Both the position numbers and the translations under genes were made by a program. A DNA stretch of 64,000 nt. Origin: Azolla caroliniana (taxonomy: Eukaryota; Plantae; Polypodiophyta). Under the pieces are notes generated by a model. That model saw nothing but the letters and a program-made list of their open reading frames with translations. It was not told the origin of the DNA and ran no database searches. The stretch spans positions 6,696,001 to 6,760,000 of the forward strand of contig JBHGNT010000008.1 in the NCBI GenBank assembly GCA_043228905.1. Reading direction: 5' to 3'. This document shows, in pieces, positions 59,394-64,000 of this stretch. The stretch's first letter is position 1. Every line of letters begins with the position of its first letter.

Positions 59394-61162
59394 CCCCCAT
59401 ACATAAAGGAGGGGACCCCATGGGCCCAAATACATATAGGACCATTATGATAGGTCATACCCTTGCTAAATTATATGGTGCAGTAATGGAAGCAGAGCTT
59501 AGTGATTATATGGAGACCTAAACAAGCTGGCTTTAGACGAGCCTTCTCCACCATTGATCATATCTTCACACTTAGATGCTTAATGAACCAAACTAAGGCT
59601 TGCAAGAAGAAATTATATTGTTGTTTTGTGGACTTCCGCAAGGCCTTTGACACAGTCCCTAGAGAGCGGATGTTTGATAGGCTTAAAAGCTTCAGGATAC
59701 CAGATGACATGGTTTGGGCCATCTACGCACTATATGAACAAGTGTCCGAGTGTGTCCGATGCCCAAGTGGCCTATCCAATTGTTTCACTAGCACTATTGG
59801 TGTAAAACAAGGTTGCCCCCTATCACCGACACTTTTTGGGATCTACATTGATGAGATCACAAATTTTATTGCTTGTAAAGGAGGCAATGGAGTAGTCCTT
59901 GGGGATACACAGGTTCGTATCTTGCTCTATGCAGATGACATAGTTTTGCTCTCTAAATCTGAACACGACCTACAAAGGCACCTTAATGCCTTAGATGACT
60001 TTTGTGCACAACGAGGATTGGTAGTGAATCTAGGGAAAACTAAAGTCCTTATCTTCCACACATCGGCCCAAGTTAGAGCTAAGTGTCACCTAACTATCTC
60101 CCATAGCCCAGTTGAGGTAGTTGGATCATACATCTATCTCGGTGTCACTTTCAGTGCTCGCTCAGGTAAATTTTCGATGACACAGGAAACGAAGGATAGA
60201 CTTACGAGAGGACATGCATCCCTCTCACTCCTAGAGAGACAATGCCACCAAGCATACTTTCAAGAGCCATGGACTAAAGGGTGGCTCTTTGACTCATTAG
60301 CGACCCCCTCCCTCATGTATCATCAACGGTTTGGGTTCCAGGATGTTATCACGCCAATTCCGAAGCAAATCGATAGTACCACATGAAATTATTAGGGTTG
60401 AGTTCACGTTACCCCTAATGTTAGTAAAGGCACTTTTCCAACTTGTTGTCTTTATTCATAGGATACATAGCCAACCACATGGTAGAATATCTCATCAAGC
60501 CTTTAAGGCCTCTCGATCATTGTATGAGTTGTGTTATACTAGCTCATGATATGGAATGATGGTGAGTTGGCTTCTTGCGAATGGTCTAGACATTAATAAC
60601 CTACCTCCCCTTAGGTACAACCACATGATTGATAACACTTTTAATCTCTCATGAGGACCGCAATAAACTAATACGCCAAGAAATATGGCAAATTTAGACT
60701 CGGTATAAATGGATCACCCCACGAGAGCCACTCCCATCTAAAATGTTGTACTATAAGGAACACTTCATGCACTTCTCTGAGTTAAGTTTTATCACGCGGC
60801 CAAAATAACTAGATGTATTCTTACCACATGCACTAAGGGTTGGCATTGGACAACTTAGAATATCATCTCACCAACTTGAGATTCAGAATGGCCGTACTAA
60901 TGGAGTCCCTAGGGAGGAAAGGATATGTAGGTTATGTCACATAGAGATAGAGGATGAGTATCACATTACATGCAAGTGCCCAACCTATGCCGAGATAAGG
61001 GCAAAATACCAAGACATACTTGGTTCCTCTCCCACCCTCCCCAAACTATTAGATACTCTAGATATAAAGAAATTAGGCAAATACATTCTAGAGATAAAAC
61101 AACACGGAGAGAATAAGTTACAAAATGTTGACAATAATGTTGCTGATGTGCACCAAGTTACA

Positions 61163-61653
61163 TGTAACATATGAAGTTTTTCAGGAACATGGGGAGACAA
61201 CGAATGTCGACACACCTGCACCACTCAGCCTTTCCCTTGATGAGGCAGAAAACCAAAGAAGAACAAGACGTCCTCGGGTGCTAGGTTTCAAAGCAACTCG
61301 ACGTGGTGTGGAAGCAATAATGAAAATAAGGGAACGTGAGCTACACAGCCTAGAAGCCATGGCTAGGGCACTCTCTACATTGGAACCACGGGTCACACCC
61401 ACATCAAAACCCTTTGACCCCCCACTTCTTTTCGAGAGGCTTGGGTGGAAATAAAATTAGGCTTAGTGTAAAGTCACTTCCTTTATCGAGTATACCCCGT
61501 ATTGTACACTACTAGAACTCTTTTAGCTTAAGTTCTATGTTTACTTTATTTTATTTTAGTTATGATGACTAGATAAATACTCATTTTGTTGTAAACCAAT
61601 TGTCTCATGGGCCAATTTTGGCCTTAGAAGACGTTAATATATCTTTCTTTCTT

Positions 61654-61695
<42 letters not shown>

Positions 61696-63040
61696 TCTCT
61701 GTTATTTTTACATGGTATTAAAGCTGGTTCCCTATTCTACAATAGAAATATCAAAGCTTGGAGATCAAATTTTCTACACAGAAACAACAACAAATCAGAG
61801 AAAATCAGAGAACAACCTGTAGATAAAACTTTCAGCACAAAATAATAATATATCTCAGAATAGGCTAGAACCTTTTACCCGTTCCAAGGCCTGCACACTC
61901 CTATTTTTCTTGAACAAATAATCTTTCGTAGCAAATGGCTCAGGCAACATCTTCATCCGAAAACTTCATGTATATAAAAACAACCATTAGCAAATTGAAT
62001 AACACAAATGATTGAGTTTGGAGTAGCAAAATGACTCTCCTTTTCAAACAACTAAAATTGTGGGTAGTAGCTGAGGGGACAGAGATACAAGTCAACACGT
62101 TAGACCCAAACTACCCTACATGGGAAGAACAAGATCTAGTAGCAAAGCTAGAAATCATGCCGAATTTGGAAGACCAGCAAGCCAATGCGATCAAAAATTG
62201 TGTCATTGCAAACGCCATGTGGATCGACCTGAAGAATGAATACAAACCAATTGCCGATGGGAAGCAGTTCATGACTCTAAACTCATTAGTCATTTTAAAA
62301 ATGCAAGAGGAAGAGGAAATGAATGCATTTATAAACTCATGGAAATAGAAATTAGATGATTGTCTCATGTTCGGAGTAGAAATCGAATCGAAGTTGCAAA
62401 GGCTCCTTTTATTCGGTGCACTAGCACCATCTTGGAGCACTTTTGTGACCACCCAAAACTTCAATCCAAACACAACTCTCATCGACTTGATTAAATGTAT
62501 ACAACATGAAGAAGCCATGAAAAAGGCATGTCATCCTGAACAGACACAACACACATAGCAATGATAGCATATCGTAGCAAACAACACTATCAAAACCAAA
62601 GAACAAAATATAGGCCTACAAGCTGTCTTGAAAACTGTAGACTACAAATCGGAGGCCTCAAGTTCTCACAAATTTTCCGCATCATCTCCAAGAAATCTGG
62701 ACACGCAAACAATCAATGTAGCTTTAGCCAAACCAGAAATAAACAATCATATCAAAGACCCAAATCATCTCGAGTAAAAGTTGATCTACCTGAAGAAGTT
62801 TCGAAAGATGACTCATACCCAACCATAACAAACAATCAAAAAAATGCAAGCTTTTCTTGGAGAAGCTTTAACTGTAGGAATCAATGCTAAACAAAAATTA
62901 GACAACACTAGGTACTTCGATACCGGTGCCATCCATCATATGAAAAATAATAAACAATCTATTAGAAATTATAAACGCTTAGCAACACCAATTCCTGTTG
63001 TATTTGGCAACAATGGAAGCCTAAATGTGTCAGGAGCAGT
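61163..63040 (+). mobile_element. Degenerate Copia 5' part (LTR, PBS, gag, protease start)
   Basis: LTR TGTAA...TTACA 61163-61712, degenerate iMet PBS TGGTATTAAAGC 61713-61724, gag pieces 62031-62558, protease-like YFDTGAIHHM. Confidence 0.7.
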
Positions 63041-64000
63041 ACGAAGATAGAGAAGGAATTAGTACTAAAGGATGAGGATTAGTACTAAGGGAGGTGTACA
63101 ACTCTCGAGAGAATGAAAGAGTGAGTGAGTGTGAGAGAGAGAGAATCAGGATAACAAAAGATATATATTATGTTAAGGGAATATACAATAGTAGCTAGGA
63201 GGCTTAAGACTAGCGTTGAACCGATTTGGTTCGAAATAATGCCTTGTGCCTCCTTTTATAGTGTTCTCAGGAGTACTCCTGAAGTTTCTAGAATGTTCTA
63301 GAGAAATCTGGAATTTACATCAATCTTCTATCGTAAAGCTTAAATGAAAATTCCTTCGTATTACAATACATAGCCTAATGGTAAGAGGTCGACCCATGTA
63401 ACATAAGATCGTGGGTTTGAGTCTTGCCATATCATGACACTATCCCCCCTTTAAAACGACGAGTGTTACGAATCGTTTTGGATTGAGGACCCAGTTTGTC
63501 TGAATATTGATGATGGAAGTCTTCAAGAAGAGCACGAGCATTGGTCACTTTCTCTATCGGTTCCCAAGTACGCTTGTTGGGACTATATCCTAGCCAATCG
63601 ACTAAATAGTAGAGCTTGTTGCAAACAATCTTGGAATCGAGGATGGTGGCAACTTCGTACTCAGGTCCATCTTCAAGTTCGATCGGGGTGGAGGTGGTCA
63701 CTTTCTCTATCAGTTCCCAAGTACGCTCGTTGGGACAATATCCTAGCCAATCGACTAAATAGTAGAGCTTGTTGCAAACAATCTTGGAATCGAGGATGGT
63801 GGCAACTTCGTACTCAGGTCCATCTTCAAGTTCGATCGGGGTGGAGGTGGTCACTTTCTCTATCAGTTCCCAAGTACGCTCGTTGGGACAATATCCTAGC
63901 CAATCGACTAAATAGTAGAGCTTGTTGTGAACAATCTTGGAATCGAGGATGGCGGCAACTTCGTACTTAGGTCCATCTTCAAGTTCGATCGGAGTGGAGG
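63040..64000 (-). mobile_element. 3' end of a second chromovirus-like Gypsy with tandem chromodomains
   Basis: LTR homologous to 56543-57023 in reverse (starts 63439), PPT at ~63445-63450, chromodomain ORF 63432-63854 continuing open to the window end. Confidence 0.85.

Larger units (their letters stand above)
57024..61150 (+). mobile_element. LINE (non-LTR retrotransposon) ORF2, degenerate, RTE/RTEX-like
   Basis: APE endonuclease (CYFPP, VGDFNART, STIHY, GADH), RT (QAGFR, FVDFRKAFDTV, GVKQGCPLSPTLF, LLYADD, YIYLG) and C-terminal RISSHQLEI..GR...CRLC..EDEYH..C. Confidence 0.88.

Overview
Eukaryotic, almost certainly land-plant (fern/lycophyte/moss-like, inferred) nuclear DNA made almost entirely of nested transposable elements. 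It holds at least six Ty1/Copia copies (one intact and very young, 37146-42555), a fragmented tRNA-Trp-primed Gypsy element on the minus strand that hosts several insertions (about 15576-43860), two non-autonomous tRNA-Trp-primed LTR elements, two chromodomain Gypsy elements, a LINE carrying two solo LTRs, and one DUF620 host pseudogene. The stand-out feature is a 9.2-kb cut-and-paste DNA transposon (23233-32390; 36-bp TIRs, 4-bp CAAT target duplication that exactly restores the host RT frame). It encodes a Sola-like DDD transposase and, divergently, a six-exon ~974-codon gene fusing a ParB/Srx-like domain to a bacterial-type beta-class amino (N6-adenine/N4-cytosine) DNA methyltransferase. Intron 1 of that gene carries a 51-bp-period array of 25-bp palindromes with invertible spacers. 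All calls come from manual reading of the sequence and ORF track; no database searches were run.
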